Shown: positions 1 to 14,118 of the stretch, piece by piece
Layout: each line of letters begins with the position of its first letter
How positions within the stretch are numbered: position 1 is the stretch's first letter
Source of the DNA: Setoptus koraiensis
Taxonomy: Eukaryota > Animalia > Arthropoda
DNA: 64,000 nucleotides
Reading direction: 5' to 3'
NCBI GenBank assembly: GCA_048013815.1
Contig: CM106586.1
Location: 2,356,001-2,420,000, forward strand
Position numbers and translations under genes: made by a program
The notes under the pieces: generated by a model
The model's database searches: none
Told to the model about the DNA's origin: nothing
Seen by the model: only the letters and a program-made list of their open reading frames with translations

Positions 1-290
1 TTTTGAAGGCTTGCTTGCCTTGGCACAAGCGAGGCACGTGCACAACGCGTTACGTAACTGTCGGCCCAAATGAATGCTGCCACGTCCATCTACATTTATC
101 TACATGCTGGCTGACGTTCGCGTCGGCACTGGCAGCTAGAGGCAAGACGAACGAGCCAGCGAGCGAGCGTGATTTCGTTTTTGAAATCACGATAAATATT
201 TGAGGAAGTAGCGAGATGATATAGATCAGCGAGAGATAAGTTAGATAATAGACAAATTGTGGCACAATTTGTGCTCGCTATTTTGTGCCT

Positions 291-378
291 GTCGTTGTTG
301 TTGTCGTTGTTGTTGTCGTTGTTGTTGTCGTTGTTGTTGCTGTTGTTGTTGCTGCTGTCTCTGTTGTTGTTGTTGTTG
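291..378. repeat. Compound trinucleotide microsatellite (TTG/TCG/CTG)n
   Basis: Direct reading: gtcgttgttgttgtcgttgttg... It generates the spurious poly-Leu and poly-Asn ORFs at 96..395 and 259..558. Confidence 0.9.
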
Positions 379-3300
379 AGCCTGCGCCAAATCATGTCTA
401 TTTGCTTTTTGTTAAACTGGCGTAAAATATTTGCCTATCACCACACAAACACGTATCTATCAATCTGCATGAGAATATTTGATAATTTTAAATATCGCTC
501 CCCCAAAGTTTGGGGCCTAAACGGTGGATTTAGATGCGAGTTGTTTGTTTACCACTGACACACTTTGTGAGTGTGGAGGCACGACAACCGGCCCGACGAT
601 GTGACAGGCGAGATTATTCTTCTTTGCCCGCGATAATCGGAGGCTGTCTCGCTGACAATATTTGCGATCTCTCGTTGATGGCCAACAAATGTAAACTATG
701 CACAAAATGAACGACCTTCAAAAATTATCCGTCCGTTATTGCGCCATTTATTACGTGATTAGTTTGGCCCCAATACGGGCTAATATCACGTGTGTGCCTA
801 TTGAGGCCAGCGCAAGTGCCGTGCGAGAGATCATGCATACTATAGCATGCATATTATTGTGTCTTGGAGGCTCTCGAAGCGAAAACAAAAACAACCAAAC
901 AAAAACAAAGATCAGCTGAGCTGGTGGGCTGCATATTAGAATTAGTGAGTGGCAGACGAAAAAATTAGACGATCGTGCAAAGCTGGCGCGAGCTCGCATC
1001 AAGTTGCGCAATCAATTTGGATTAATGTTATTATTGGCCGTTTTGTTATCATTGGCCCAGTGCGCAATGGACGGGAGACTCACAAGCCGGTATTGCACGA
1101 GACAGAGGTCAGCGCAAGCTAATGGCACAGGTGAAGTATGAAGCGGGCATCAGCTTACAGCGGTAGCGATGGTCAGTTGAGCGACGCTTGGTCGGTCTGG
1201 CTAACTTGTGAGCGAGACGTGAGCCAAAAACAAGGGCTCTAAATTATCATTATTGTTACCATTGTTATGTTATTATAGTTGTTATTGGTGCTATCATGTG
1301 TGTAGCTGGCATTAGGTCATTTATTGTGCCGCTATGTGTCTCGTGGAGCCGGCCGGCCCGAGTCACACACACATCGGTGGCTTATTGGTTGGCTTTTGGG
1401 TTGGCTTGGTGGCGTTGTTGCCGTCGCTGTTGGTTGGCCGCTCGCTGGTGTTGGCACTAATGAGAGAGCAACAAGAACAAAGCGAAAAATAAAAGTAATG
1501 ATAATAATGATCACTCTCGTCGTATTTCGTTATCTCTCATTGACTATGTGAGTGCCGCTGTGTGTGTGTGTGTGTGCGTATGTGTGTGCGTGTGCGTGGG
1601 CGCCCACACCCGATACTTTGCTGTGTGCCAACGTATTGCCGCTACGCGTTACGTAATAGATGAAAGCGTGACCGTTGCGCTATGTGTAGTTGTTGCCAAA
1701 AAACACAAACTAGACAGAGACAAAGAGACAGATTTTGTCGCAACATTTGCGAACATTCGAACTCTGTCGAACTGCATATCCTCTACGCTTGCACCAGCAC
1801 ACAACATATGATATGAGCGCGCAACGAATGATGAGATTTGTGCCGGCTGCCAACGGTAAACTTTGCTCTTGTTTTGTGGTGGCGCCACCGGCCGGCCTTT
1901 GGCGACAGTGAGCCATTAGCACCAACACAGGTAACCTGATACATTATCCACAATATTGGCTTATCCGCTGGCCAACACTCATCGAATGTGCCCAAGTCGA
2001 TAACCAAATAGTGAGTTCTCATTCAATTTGAGGCCGCCCGAAGGGGCCACGGCTGTGCATTGTGTCGCAAAACAACAGCAGCAACAACAACAACAGCAGC
2101 GACAACAACAACAAATGACAACAGATAACGGAATTAAGTATCATGATACCTCAGTGAGCGAGCGGGTTTAACTAGACAAACTCGTTGGCGGCGCCCATTG
2201 TTTAGGCTAATGAGCCGTCGGATTATCTGTGCAAGTGCATTATTATAATTATTATTACTAGCGGGCGTTATTGGAGCGAGATAATTAGTCAAAAAGGCAG
2301 CTCGCAACAACAGCAACAACAACAACATTGTCACACGCTCGCATAGCCGTTTATGATGTGTGTGTGTGTGTCGGTGTGCCGGTGACCAATGAGCAATAAT
2401 GACGTGCTTACTTGTTGTGAGTCTGTAAATACATTTGTTTAACAGACAACGTTGCATTATTAGATTACATGACACACACTTCATTGATGCATATCTAAGT
2501 AGATAGTGTGACCGGCCCAAACTGACCATTACTGCTTTTCACATACCGCATGCTGTGCGAAAAGAATACGAAAAGGCCCTCGTCAGCCAATTGCAGGCCA
2601 ACGGTCATCCAATGGTCATGCGGTGGTCATACAATGGTCACTCGATGGTCACACAATGGTCAATCTCAAATAAATCTGTGCCTTTTGGTGCCGTTCGGTG
2701 TCACAAAACCGGTGTAGCAAAACTGGGCCCCCACTGACACACATTTGCTGTGTGTTTGTGCCTCAAAATTCACATGCCAAACTGTTGGCATACGATTGCA
2801 CTGTTGTTGTTGTTGTTGCTGGTTATTACATCATGCATTAGTGTAGCTGCAAAAGTAAGCACACTATAAATTAGTATTTAACTGGTCGCCAGCAGATGAT
2901 CTTGTTGCAACAGCAACAACAACAGCGACTACAACAGCAACGGCAACAGCAACGGCAACAACAACAACAACTACAACAACAACGACAGCGACAAACAAAC
3001 AGACTGATTAAATAGATTGTCACTATTGGAAATATTATCTATACATCTGTATGTGGTTGCCGTTACTATTTCATTGGTGGTCCGGCCAACACATTACCAG
3101 CTCACAATCAAGCCAATCCGGCCATCACGTACCCGTGCAAATATATATATTTAGTGCGATCCCTAGCTCGGCCTTGCTTGGCCCTTCGCCGCCCCACCGC
3201 CCCAACAATTCGCCTCCGTTCGCCAAGCGACAATGATTGTTGGTCACGTTCTTAGCATCGTGTTGTAGTTTGGGTGACATTCAAAACGGACAAGTGAGCC

Positions 3301-6300
3301 ACCAATGAAAATAGCAGCTACAAGTTGCACGAGCGCGCCTCACTGCATGTGTGCTTGGGGCCCCATTAACAATACAGCTACTAATAATACTGACTGGCAC
3401 GTAACTCGTTGAGACAAATAGAAATCGTCGATAGCGACTCTTTATCGAGCCGGATAAATGGCTGGCCAGTTGTGTGTGTGAGTACGATACAACAACGACC
3501 GGCAACGACAAATAGCACAGTGCGACAAATGAAATAAGACAATCTCTTTCTCTCTCTAATTTCGACAACACAAACACTCACAATGATACTATCTGGCCAT
3601 CAAACGGCCAATAGCCGAGTGTGTGTGTCTCTGGTGGGGGCCCTGTTTGCCTGAACGTGAGCTCCTCGGAGACGCTAGCGTGCAGAGTGGATAGTAATGC
3701 GATGGTAATTACAGGAAAAGGATAACTGCACTGATGTTGTGCGCTGGCCGGCCCCAAATGGCCTCGCCAAATTGGCGCCCGAAATGGGTCAGTGAGAAGC
3801 GATTATTAGAGGCTGATTATTGCACACAAACACATAGTGATTGGGCTAGCTGCAGCTGCTGGCTGGTTAATTTAAAAATCCATTAATGGACCATTAAATG
3901 AGCAATCTATCAATTGTCGAGGCTTGCGAGATGGGCCCCGCAACACACACAAACATAGTTGCCAATCATGCCCGTGGGAGCGTCTTTTGTGCGTCCCGTT
4001 TCCTCAGATGTCTCACTGGCCGGAAATATCGCTGGATATCAATTGGGATATCTGCTCAAGTATCTGCTCGGGTATCGCCCTCAATGGGCATTGAGTGGTC
4101 GCCTCACTGCTGTTGGCATCTCTCGTGTCGTGTCTGTCAAGCCGAGTCGCGGGCTTGAGCCCAAACTTTGCCATCAGTCGGCCACACCGCAACTTGCCCG
4201 ACTCAAGCTGGCCCCTGACAAAATAAATATCCTGATACTGATTTATTGGGCAACGAAAATTAGCAAATTGGCATTAATGCCCCACAATAACGCCGGCCCG
4301 TTGCAGTATCACGAGCCAGCCGTTACAACACGCGCCATCCAGTTATTGAGATATTATTGAGATTATTAGTTGCTGGCTCGCCGCTCGTGTTTGTGTGTGT
4401 GTGTGTGTGTGTGTGTGCGATGTGGACGAGATTAGTTTGCAGATCTAATCTCTAATTAATCTATTATCTGGCAACAACAGTTGTACTGGCATAGAGAGAT
4501 TAGATCAATTGTGCGCACGAGCTTGCTTGACAACCGCACTGGCTAGCCGGCTCGCCATGAATTGTTACGTAATACCATACGCTTGTGTGTCAAGTTGGTT
4601 GGTTTCTGCAATGCTTAATGGTCAACGGCAAACAACAATTAAATGGAGCCGTTTTCTCGCATCGATTTGCGTACACCACAACAAACATAAACAGTTTGGG
4701 TTTTATATGAATGGGGCGACTTGTGGCCAGAGATGCCGTTCACAGATCACAGCAAAGTCCATCCATCCATGAACGGATACATGGCGATTAGGCATGCCAA
4801 TTCGAAAACTATGAATATCTATGAAAAAATGCGAGAGAGCGTACGCCCCGACTCGATTTCTCGTGGATATCCAACAATGGATATTCGCTCGAGGGGAGTA
4901 CAAGAGGCCACGAACCCGAAATTCCTCCACGAATCTCGTCAGTTTGTGGCGTCGCATCAGTCTGCGGTTGTTTATCATGATACGTATCGAGTGTTGTTTG
5001 TGACAACAGAATTATGATTAAATTGGCTCATGTGCAAGCATTCAACTGTCAACTGTCAATGCCTTGTTGGATTGTCCCCAAATTAGTGCGCTTCGGTACC
5101 TGTCTCAAATGGTTCCAGATATCCGTGACTATGATATATCCGGATATACAGGCTGGATATATCATATTATGGATATGGCTGGATATGGATCGGGTACGGA
5201 TAACAATTTCATGACAGTTAGCGGGCCGAATCGATTATCCGGCTCTCATGTGCAAGCGCATCTCTTGACGCCATCGAGTCGACGGAGAGCGATTTTTTCA
5301 ACGGCTGTCGCGTGTCGTGTTAGCACACCAGGCCTCGGCGAAGCGACTGTCGCTCATAAAAACAACCAAAGGATGCCTCCAATTGTGCAGCTTGCGCTAT
5401 CCCTTGTGCGGCGCTCGTGATATTATCACAGGGGGCAGGGGGCCTCGTAACAGCGGGCAAGCTACTGTGTGCCAGTTGGCCAGTTGAGCCAATAATGGGC
5501 GCCGGCCGGGCAATCTTGTGGCAAGCAGTTTGTCAGGCACGGATAGACGAGTTGGTGTCTTGAGCTGTTTGTCTCTCTCACTAAACACAGTCCCGTTTGG
5601 CCCCTCCGCTCTGATAGCAAATCGGGCCCAATATTGGTCTCAATGAGCGGATGTTTGCTGGCTCCCCGGTCGGCTGGCTCTCCGGTCGGCTGGCTCTTCG
5701 GTCGGCTGACTGTCCAGTCGGCTGAAGAGCCAGAGAGAAGAGTTGGCCACAGTTGGCGGTGGCCTGCAGCTCAACTTGGGGCCGCGCCATCACGTGATCA
5801 CCAGGCCAATCTTTAATATTATTATTATAGGTTTAGCCGGTTGTGTGCGTGTTGCGCGAGCAGCCGGTCCTAATAAGCGGCCCCTAAATGTATGGTGCAC
5901 TTTGGCGTATAACTGAGGCGTATAACTGAGGCGCATAACTGTTTGCAAACGTATAAATGTTCAGCAGCATGTAGAATCGGTCAGCCGGCCACTTATACCA
6001 GCGCCAGCAAACAGCCAGAGGTTGCAAACAGTTATTTGGCAAACGCAACGTGAGTTGCGGTTGCCGGTGGGCAGCCGACATGAATTGAAGACATATCATC
6101 ACGCTGATGATCGGCCCTCTCCGGCTAGACACCAAACCGCTGTTGCTGCTGCTCTAAGTGGGTGCCTGCTCGTCTTGCCGAGCCCGACAAGCCACACTGT
6201 CCGACCAACGGAATAGCCGAGCAACTGACTGGACCGGCGACGGACTGGACGAGCGACCGGGCCCCATATGCAGAATATCTGTTGTTGTTCATGTTGTTGC

Positions 6301-9300
6301 TGTTGGTGCTGTTGTTGCCGGTTACATAGTCGGTTGGCTGCCGGCCAATGACGATGTAACCAGCGACCTTCGCAAACGGATACGAGCGGGCTGCTCGCCG
6401 CCAGTTTGGCATAAACAGTTAAGCTGGCTGGTGGCGAGCGACAACAAAAGTAACCAGCAAAATTGTACAGTTACAATGATTGAGTGCCATCGATCAATCT
6501 CGAATTGCGCGCCATCACTTGTCGTCCCCTCTGTTGTGCCCCTGTCTAGCTATTGGTTATTTTACCTTATTTGGCCCCACCTTTGTATTTGGCCCCAGGC
6601 CCCAGGCCGCGCCAAGCTCATGCTTTTATTCTCGTGCCGGCCGCCTATTGGTTGGCCCTTCCGGCGTGCATGCCGGTAAGAATGGCAGCCAATGTGGATT
6701 GGCCGTGTTTGGGTATGTAAGACAGAGCGGCAGCAGCGGTTTGTCAAGTTTGCGAGCTGCTTTTTGTAATGTGATTTCGATGCTAAATTCATGCACTAAA
6801 TGTGCTATTATTACCGCCACTAGATGGACCTGGCGCCAGATTGGGCAATGCAGCAGCAGCAGCGGCAGCAGCAGAAGTAGATCGTTTAAAACAGGGATAA
6901 CGTGCCACTAGCGGCCATTCCTTGCGGCCGCTATCAATCTGATCACTGAGGCCCGATAAACAATAATCCGCTGGCCGTAATTGGGCCCACTACCCATTTG
7001 GGTACTCATTTGGGGCGCCGCTGTTGGCGATCGTGCACGCTGGTAACACGTGATAGCGTGTCATGGGCCAATCTGTCGGCGACTGACTCATTGGGGCCAT
7101 TGCACTGTCTCGCGGGCAGCCAAAGTGTCACACGAGCAGCCAGACAAGATGGCTGACGTTTGCGCGAGAAGTGGCGCCCTCACGCTGTGGGGCCCAGGGT
7201 GCACGTACGTATCAGATTGTAATTAGATTGTAATCGATTCTTTGTTGTTCAGCCTGTCGCCCACTAAACACATTGCTGTCGCTGTTGTTGTCGGCGTTGT
7301 TGGATGGGTTGTTGCGCCGGTTGTTGGGTCGGTTGTTGTCGTTGTTGGCGGTGCTGCAGTTGATTGGCGAACAGTGGTTGTCGTGCCCATCATTCAACTC
7401 AATGCTTGCCCTTGTGTGCGGGTGTGCGAGCCTATTTTTTGATCGCGTAGCCGGCCCTCTCAGCAAGTGACGCCAGGTAGATTGATTGCTGGCTGGTATT
7501 GAGATTCGCAGCTAGCGAGCGGGCACTCCAAGTGACTGGCCCCGCGTGCCCCTGGGCGCCCCGAGATCAATCAGGGCAACCCTGCATCCGACATTGTCCG
7601 CATACATGCACTGACAACTGTGCGAGGGGGCCAACAAAGGAATTATAACAATTACCACTGTCATTGTATCATTGGCTAAGTGTGTTAATCTTGATAATTT
7701 CCAGATCACCGGCACCGCACAAACAGACAGACAGTATGAGGTGGCACTGGGCGGCCCCTAGTGGGCACATTATCAATATTGTGGTTGCTGTTGTTGCAGT
7801 TATCGGCACAAAAGTTGCTGTTGCCGGCAAAAGAGTCGACTAAATATCGGCAAAACAGTTGGCGGCACATGGGGCCCGCGTGCCAGGCCAGTGGGCAGCT
7901 GGGGGATAAATAATTGTCAGCGAGGCCGTGCCATCTCGCTGATAAAGCCATTGAGCGAATTGATACGATCGCTTTGCACGGACTGGCATCTGCATCTGGC
8001 CGAGCGGCGACTCGATGCCATCGAGTGTCTGCCCGATAAAGAAGAGGCTCGCTGCGCTTGCCACAGACAACAGAAGACGTCGCAAACTTAATCCACTTGC
8101 CACACGGCATTTTGGCTATTTCGGGCCTCACACAACAAGCGACCAGCGACATGATGTTGCCACCACTTGCTACTTACAACTGGCAACACCTAAATTAAGC
8201 GCCTACATCAACAGACTCGAGCGAGATAATATCACGAGCAGTCGTCGGAATTGCGCGCCAATCCGCATTTATCTTGTGCAGCCAGCTCGCTGGCGTGGCT
8301 AAACAAGATAAATGAATGGATTGAATCTGGCGCGCGACGTCAATGTCTCACACTGTGACATTCGGCCAGCTAGCCAGTCAGCCAGCCAGCCAGCCAGTCG
8401 GTCGTCCGGCTCAACTGTCTGGCCAGCTTAGGCACCGTTACTGGCCGCTAAATTGACTACTGCTACCAGTCGTTAAAGTGTGTGTGTGTGTCTGCAAGAC
8501 AAGCAAGTGTGTGATGAGATTTTATTGATGATAAGAAGGAATAAGACGCAGCAAGAAGAATAATAAAAAGAATAAGAGACTTCGCTCGGCGCTGACCAAA
8601 CCGAGGGCCGCCGACAGTGTGAGAAGAGGCCCGATCATTTGCAAAATGTGTGGGCCTCTCTTCATTAGACACCCGTGCTGATGAAGTGTCACCGCAGCGG
8701 CACAGTTCTCCATTGCTCACACAGCCGTCTGATTCGCTGTCGGGCCGGTCATCCGGTGGCCCCGTGACCAGCTGATCTGGTCTGGAGTATGCGTCCGGCC
8801 GCGCCGAGCTCGCCAGCTCATCGGTCGAGCCGAGTTGTGGGTCCGAGCGGGCCGAACGGGCCCGACAAGCAATGGTGGCCGAAGCGGTTGTTGATTATTG
8901 GCGATAATTGATGATGGTCATTAGTTTATTTGTGTATTTCTATTAATGTTTCTCCCTCTATCAGCGCTTGTGTGCGGCTGCAACCGGCGTTCCACCAGCG
9001 AGCATGCACAGGCGCAAAATGGAAAATGGGGCCCCATTGGCCGGCAAGAGAGTTGGCCATTCTACCAGTTCACACACACACAATGTATTCGAGTCTAGGC
9101 GAGTCTGCACGAATCTATCGAATGGATAGATCCGAACGAATCTCAACAAATCTCAAACAATCCAGCACACAAGAGAATAAATGTGTCGATGGAGGCCAAT
9201 AATGGATTAAGCCGCACCAACGGCAACAACGTTCGCCCACTGACAACCAGGGAGCAAAGGGCGATATTATATAATATATCTTGTAAGGCAAACATGTTGT

Positions 9301-12300
9301 GCGAAAATCGTTTTGCGCCCACTATTGAGTCAATAGCGCTGACCAATTTAACGACCACTGGCGCTGCCAAAATTATGCTCGGCCTTGTTTCACGGCAATC
9401 GCACGTCTACGCGCGTCTATATATAGTCACAATTGAGTTGTTCCCTTGCCGGCCAGCCGGCCAGGCAGGCACTGTATGCTGCAATTGAATTGCATTTTCA
9501 AACAGATTCACAGTGCGCGAATCACAGACGACATTCAAAGAACAATTGAGACAAGGATATATCTCGCTCTGAGGCCACTGGCCACCGCACACACAATCGC
9601 CGGCCAGCCAGCGGGCCAACAATAGACAGACAGAGGCTACACCTAAATGCCTCTGCGGCTCTTTATCCTCACATTTATGCTCGCCGTGTCGCTGTGCGTC
9701 CGATGAGTTGCACATGTCGCTTTATCGCAACTTTATCACCATGCCAGCTATGCAACACACTCCACTGAATAACTGACCACTGACCACTGACAGCCAGCGC
9801 ACCGACTACCAGTGGCCAGCACAAAAGAGAACCTTCGATTTACACTTGCCGACGCTGGACGCCGTCCAGACCGGAAGTTGATTTGCAACCAGTATCTGGA
9901 CAAACTTTTTTGTGCAGCCTCTCTCCCTCTCTTTGCATTGTGACCATATTATTGCTACTCATATTACACGAGCCAGTAATAAATGGCTCGTTGTTGCCCG
10001 TTATACGGCCAGTCGTTACAAGCAACGAGCCGGCCCAGTGTCCGTCTAGCGGAAAAGACACAGACAGGCTGGCGGATAAATCGGAAAATACAGCCCCAAA
10101 TAGCACACAACTACGACTGCCACATTGGCACAAAATTCAACGGCGTGTCATGTTTTCAGACTGGCCAGTTTTGACTGGTCACTGCTCTGCTTTATGCGTC
10201 ACGCCAGACAAAACATGGCACAAATAACAGTGGCACGAGGCGACGCTCTCATACGAATGAGGGCGCCAATCAGTGGCCTCAATCGCACGATATCCGCATT
10301 ACAGACTCTGCATTTCGCTCACAAGTGGCAGCGGTCGCGCTGTATTGGCTGCTCTAACCAGTGGTTAGTAACCACCAATCAGCGTCCAAGTAACAGTATC
10401 TGCGAAAATACCTGGGCCAGATAATTACTAATTCGCGACAACACTTGGATTTGTTTATTTTTTACTTGTGTTCCACGCGGCTTGCACGCGGCATTTTGAG
10501 CCATTTCGAAATGTTTTGAGCCGCATGGATTCGCGATTGCCAGGATTGCATGCAGCCGAAACGAGACGACGGGCGAGTTTCATGCGCAATTTGTTGCCAG
10601 AACGGCCAGGAGAGGGCCCATCGTCGGCCCCATTCGACATGTGTCTGTTTGTGCGAGTTGGGAGGAAATTTTATTTTTGTTTTATTGCTGAGCGAGCTCG
10701 GCGAGTCACATTCTGCCATTGGAACGGTCGGCTGGAATTATCCAAATTGTGAACCACTCAATGCAACAACCGGCCACGGCCGCAAGACGGACAAAGACAC
10801 TGGTTAGCGCTGGCTCGCCGGGTCACAGCGAGCGCTAACCAGTGGAGCATGTAGAGTGAAACGCAATAACTCACTGTCATTGGATTACAAGTGAATCTGG
10901 CAAGCAGCAACTTTTATCTCTTCGATTCTCGTCGGTCCCGCAAACTGTTCAGCTGCTGCCTCGAGATGGGGCTGCCTTCTGAGGCCACTTTTGGCTGTTT
11001 TGTGTGTGTGTGGGGGGGGGAGCACGAGCACGAAAAAACAGCACCCACAACTATTGTGGCTATTGGTGATACGCGTAAAAATTGTCGCTGAAACGGCCCC
11101 GAACGGGCAAGCTCCGAGGCACCGTTAGCCAGACACTTGTGTTGACACGACTTGTTATTCAAAACATTTTTCTGCTTGACGCAAATCATTACACGCTCAA
11201 GTGTCGCCTCCTCTTGGCGCTTACTCGCCACACTGTGCTACTTTATTCATTCATTTGCACCACTGCTTGCCACTTGCCATCACTCTTGCACGTGCAACTC
11301 GGATGGGGATGCCCGGCGGCCGGCAGAAGCCGGTTGGGCAGCGCGTGCCCGCTAGCACCTGTGCAAAACTGGCCAACTCGAATCGAGAATCTCGTCCACA
11401 CGGGGCCTCGCTGCCAGCCAAACCGAACTGAATAACCGGTCAAGACAGAGAGCGAGCCAACTGAGCAGTTATGATGGATGATTGAAGAGACGAGTCATGA
11501 ACAAGGCCACTCACTGGCGCTATCCGCATCGCACCTATGGCCCAATGAGTGAGGCCTAACTATTTAATTCAATACATTGTCAATATTTACTTTCGCTGCA
11601 ACACTCTCTGTCTCTCACATACAAATGTAAAATTGCATTGCCCATTGAATGGACACAACGACGTGCACAAACAAGTTGCTCAAAGAAACAGCTGCAACAT
11701 CGCAATTTACTCTCGATTCCAGTCAGTCAGTCGGTGCCGAAATTCAACATTCGGGTCACCTTGTAATAGCTACAATCGGGCCCGAACAATGCAAGCTCAG
11801 GCAGGATGCCAATTATAAATCGACGATTCATTTTGGGGATCAGCGCAGCAATCTCAGAGAATCAGCGTGTTCATGACGAAGAAGGGCAAACCAAAGATAG
11901 ATAATAATTTCGACTGATCCAATGATTTTGCGTTCGATACCGGTAGTTTCTGGTGTTACAAGCTCGAGCTTGTAAGCTCGATGCAAGGCCCATGACCAGG
12001 GCAGGCCCAATCGGTCCCGAGAAAGCCTGAAATTTTTTCAGTCAAACTGATTATTACGGTGATTTCAAGACGTATTTGTAGTGTCAGAAAAACTGGAATT
12101 TAACCCCTTGCCTTTTTATAATCACCAGTTTTCGTAGAATTTCACTGTAGAACCGGAAATGACGCTCTGATCAGTTGTCTGAGCTGTTTGAATTGTACGA
12201 AAGGGTCAAGCCGGCTGCCGGCATCATGTTGAATTTGGCACGTCAGGTAATGATAATGTTGATTCAGTGCAATAAATGGTTGGTGTGACACGTGGCCAAA

Positions 12301-14060
12301 CATTGTTTTGTGTTGATAGTTATCACTGTAAAAGGACACGACAACTATAACTATCAACAGAAACAAAGGACATACAAACAAACTATTGAATAACACGCAG
12401 CGAGCTCTCTCAAGGACAGGTGTTTTGGGTCCTAATGGGGCGACACTTATTTGTGTGTCGCAAGAGATTATGAGACAATTTGTTTACTTTGCCACACTGA
12501 CCCCAAGCAAGCAGCTGGCTGGACAGTTCACTGGCAATGGAGCAATGAGGTGATGTAAGTCGAGCAACAAAGTGCTGTGTTTGTTTGTTCGTTTGTTGCA
12601 CCAGAATGTTCGGAGTTGAAACAATTTCAATTGGCCATAGAAAGACGGATGATCGCCAGTAAGTGACTGTCGGGCCGTCCAACAGAATTGCAACAACAAC
12701 AACGACAACAGCAACAACAACAACAACAACAAACAATGTTGCTAGTAATCGGGTGAGATAAATGGCCCCACTTGGTTCCACTTGGCCCGCGCACAGCGCA
12801 CACCCACGCACACACCAATTTGCTTGGCTTCGTATCTGTTCGGCTGTCGGGTTGTTGTGCCTTTATATTTGCTTGGCAAACACCAAATATAATGCCAATT
12901 GTAAGCACCTAAAAGCACCTCCAGCGACCATTAAATTTTTCAAAACTTAAATGCAGCCGGCCCATCAATAGCGAATTGGCCCCAAGTTTACAGTTTCTGC
13001 TTGTGCTGCGCTCTTAAAACGATTGTTTGTGCCTTGTTTGTTTGCGTCAGGCCACTCTATCATATCGCTATAATTTTGCACCGCACCGCACACATTGCGC
13101 AATCTATCTATCTTATTCTCAATTGCTCTCAATTTTTGTGTTGGCGCTTTTGATTGTTGTCCAATTGGCAATCGCTCTCTCGTAGCATAACTCACGCCGG
13201 CGATTCACCTGAGCGAACTGGGCCCCGCAGTGTGCAGCTTGCTGTAGCGACATGCAGGCGCAAGTTCACTACTCGCCCTTCTTTCAGTGCTGCGCCGTGA
13301 CTTGCTGTGCGCTGCTGCGCCTCGATCGCCCAAGTCGGACACCCGAGTCAAACGGCCGAGTTGAACGACCAAGTCGAGGGGCGATTGTCGAATGTCGAAT
13401 GTCGAGGCTCCTCAATGAGGGGCCTCAATGCTGGGCGCGTCAGCATTGCCGAGTCAACAATCGGACGATCGCGAATTGTTCGCGAATCGCGATCGACTCG
13501 ATCGGATCGAGCGCGCCAGCCAACTAAACTCCTAATGATAGATAGATAGATGATCAATATAATGGATATAATTTTTGCTGCCAGCTCAACAATGAACACA
13601 TAGCTATTTTAAATGATGAATGGACCGGGCGAACGTGACTCGCCAGTGTTTGTCTGGCGCCGAGATGAGGCCGGCCAGTCAACAGTCGCACACTCGCTGG
13701 CATGGATGGCATAAGCTGAGCGACAAGAACAATTGTAACAAACAATCTAGAGCTCATATCTATAAATTATCCGGCTCACAAGTGCAGCCAACACGCCTCG
13801 GCCAGGTAATTGATTTAGGCCAATTGATGAGCGCGCCGTTATAGCCGGATAGCTGGATGCCATTGATTGAGCCGTCTGATTTATGGAGTTCAATCGATGG
13901 GTCGCTTCAAATGATTAGCTTGCCGATGATTTAGTGCCCCCTGCTGGCTTGCGGGAACAGTTGCAAGCACCTACCCAATGGCAATTAGATGATTAAATTG
14001 TCTGATCTGAGAGGAACAGTGTTCTTTTTCGCTCGAGCTTGTGTGTGAGCGCACCATGTC

Positions 14061-14118
14061 AATAGTCAACCGGCGCAATAGTCAACCGGCGCAATAGTCA
14101 ACTGGCGCAATAGTCAAC
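14061..14118. repeat. 16-bp tandem repeat AATAGTCAACCGGCGC, about 3.6 copies
   Basis: Units at 14061, 14077, 14093 (one C>T) and a partial unit at 14109. Confidence 0.9.

Noticed and set aside
1931-2010. Possible micro-exon between CAG and GTGAGT (GNLIHYPQYWLIRWPTLIECAQVDNQI)
   Set aside because: No pyrimidine tract, no recognisable homology and no partner exons. The CAG|GTAACC could equally be a donor-like chance match.
12176-12247. Possible exon LSELFELYERVKPAAGIMLNLARQ followed by GTAATG
   Set aside because: Too short, in-frame stop just upstream, no family match.
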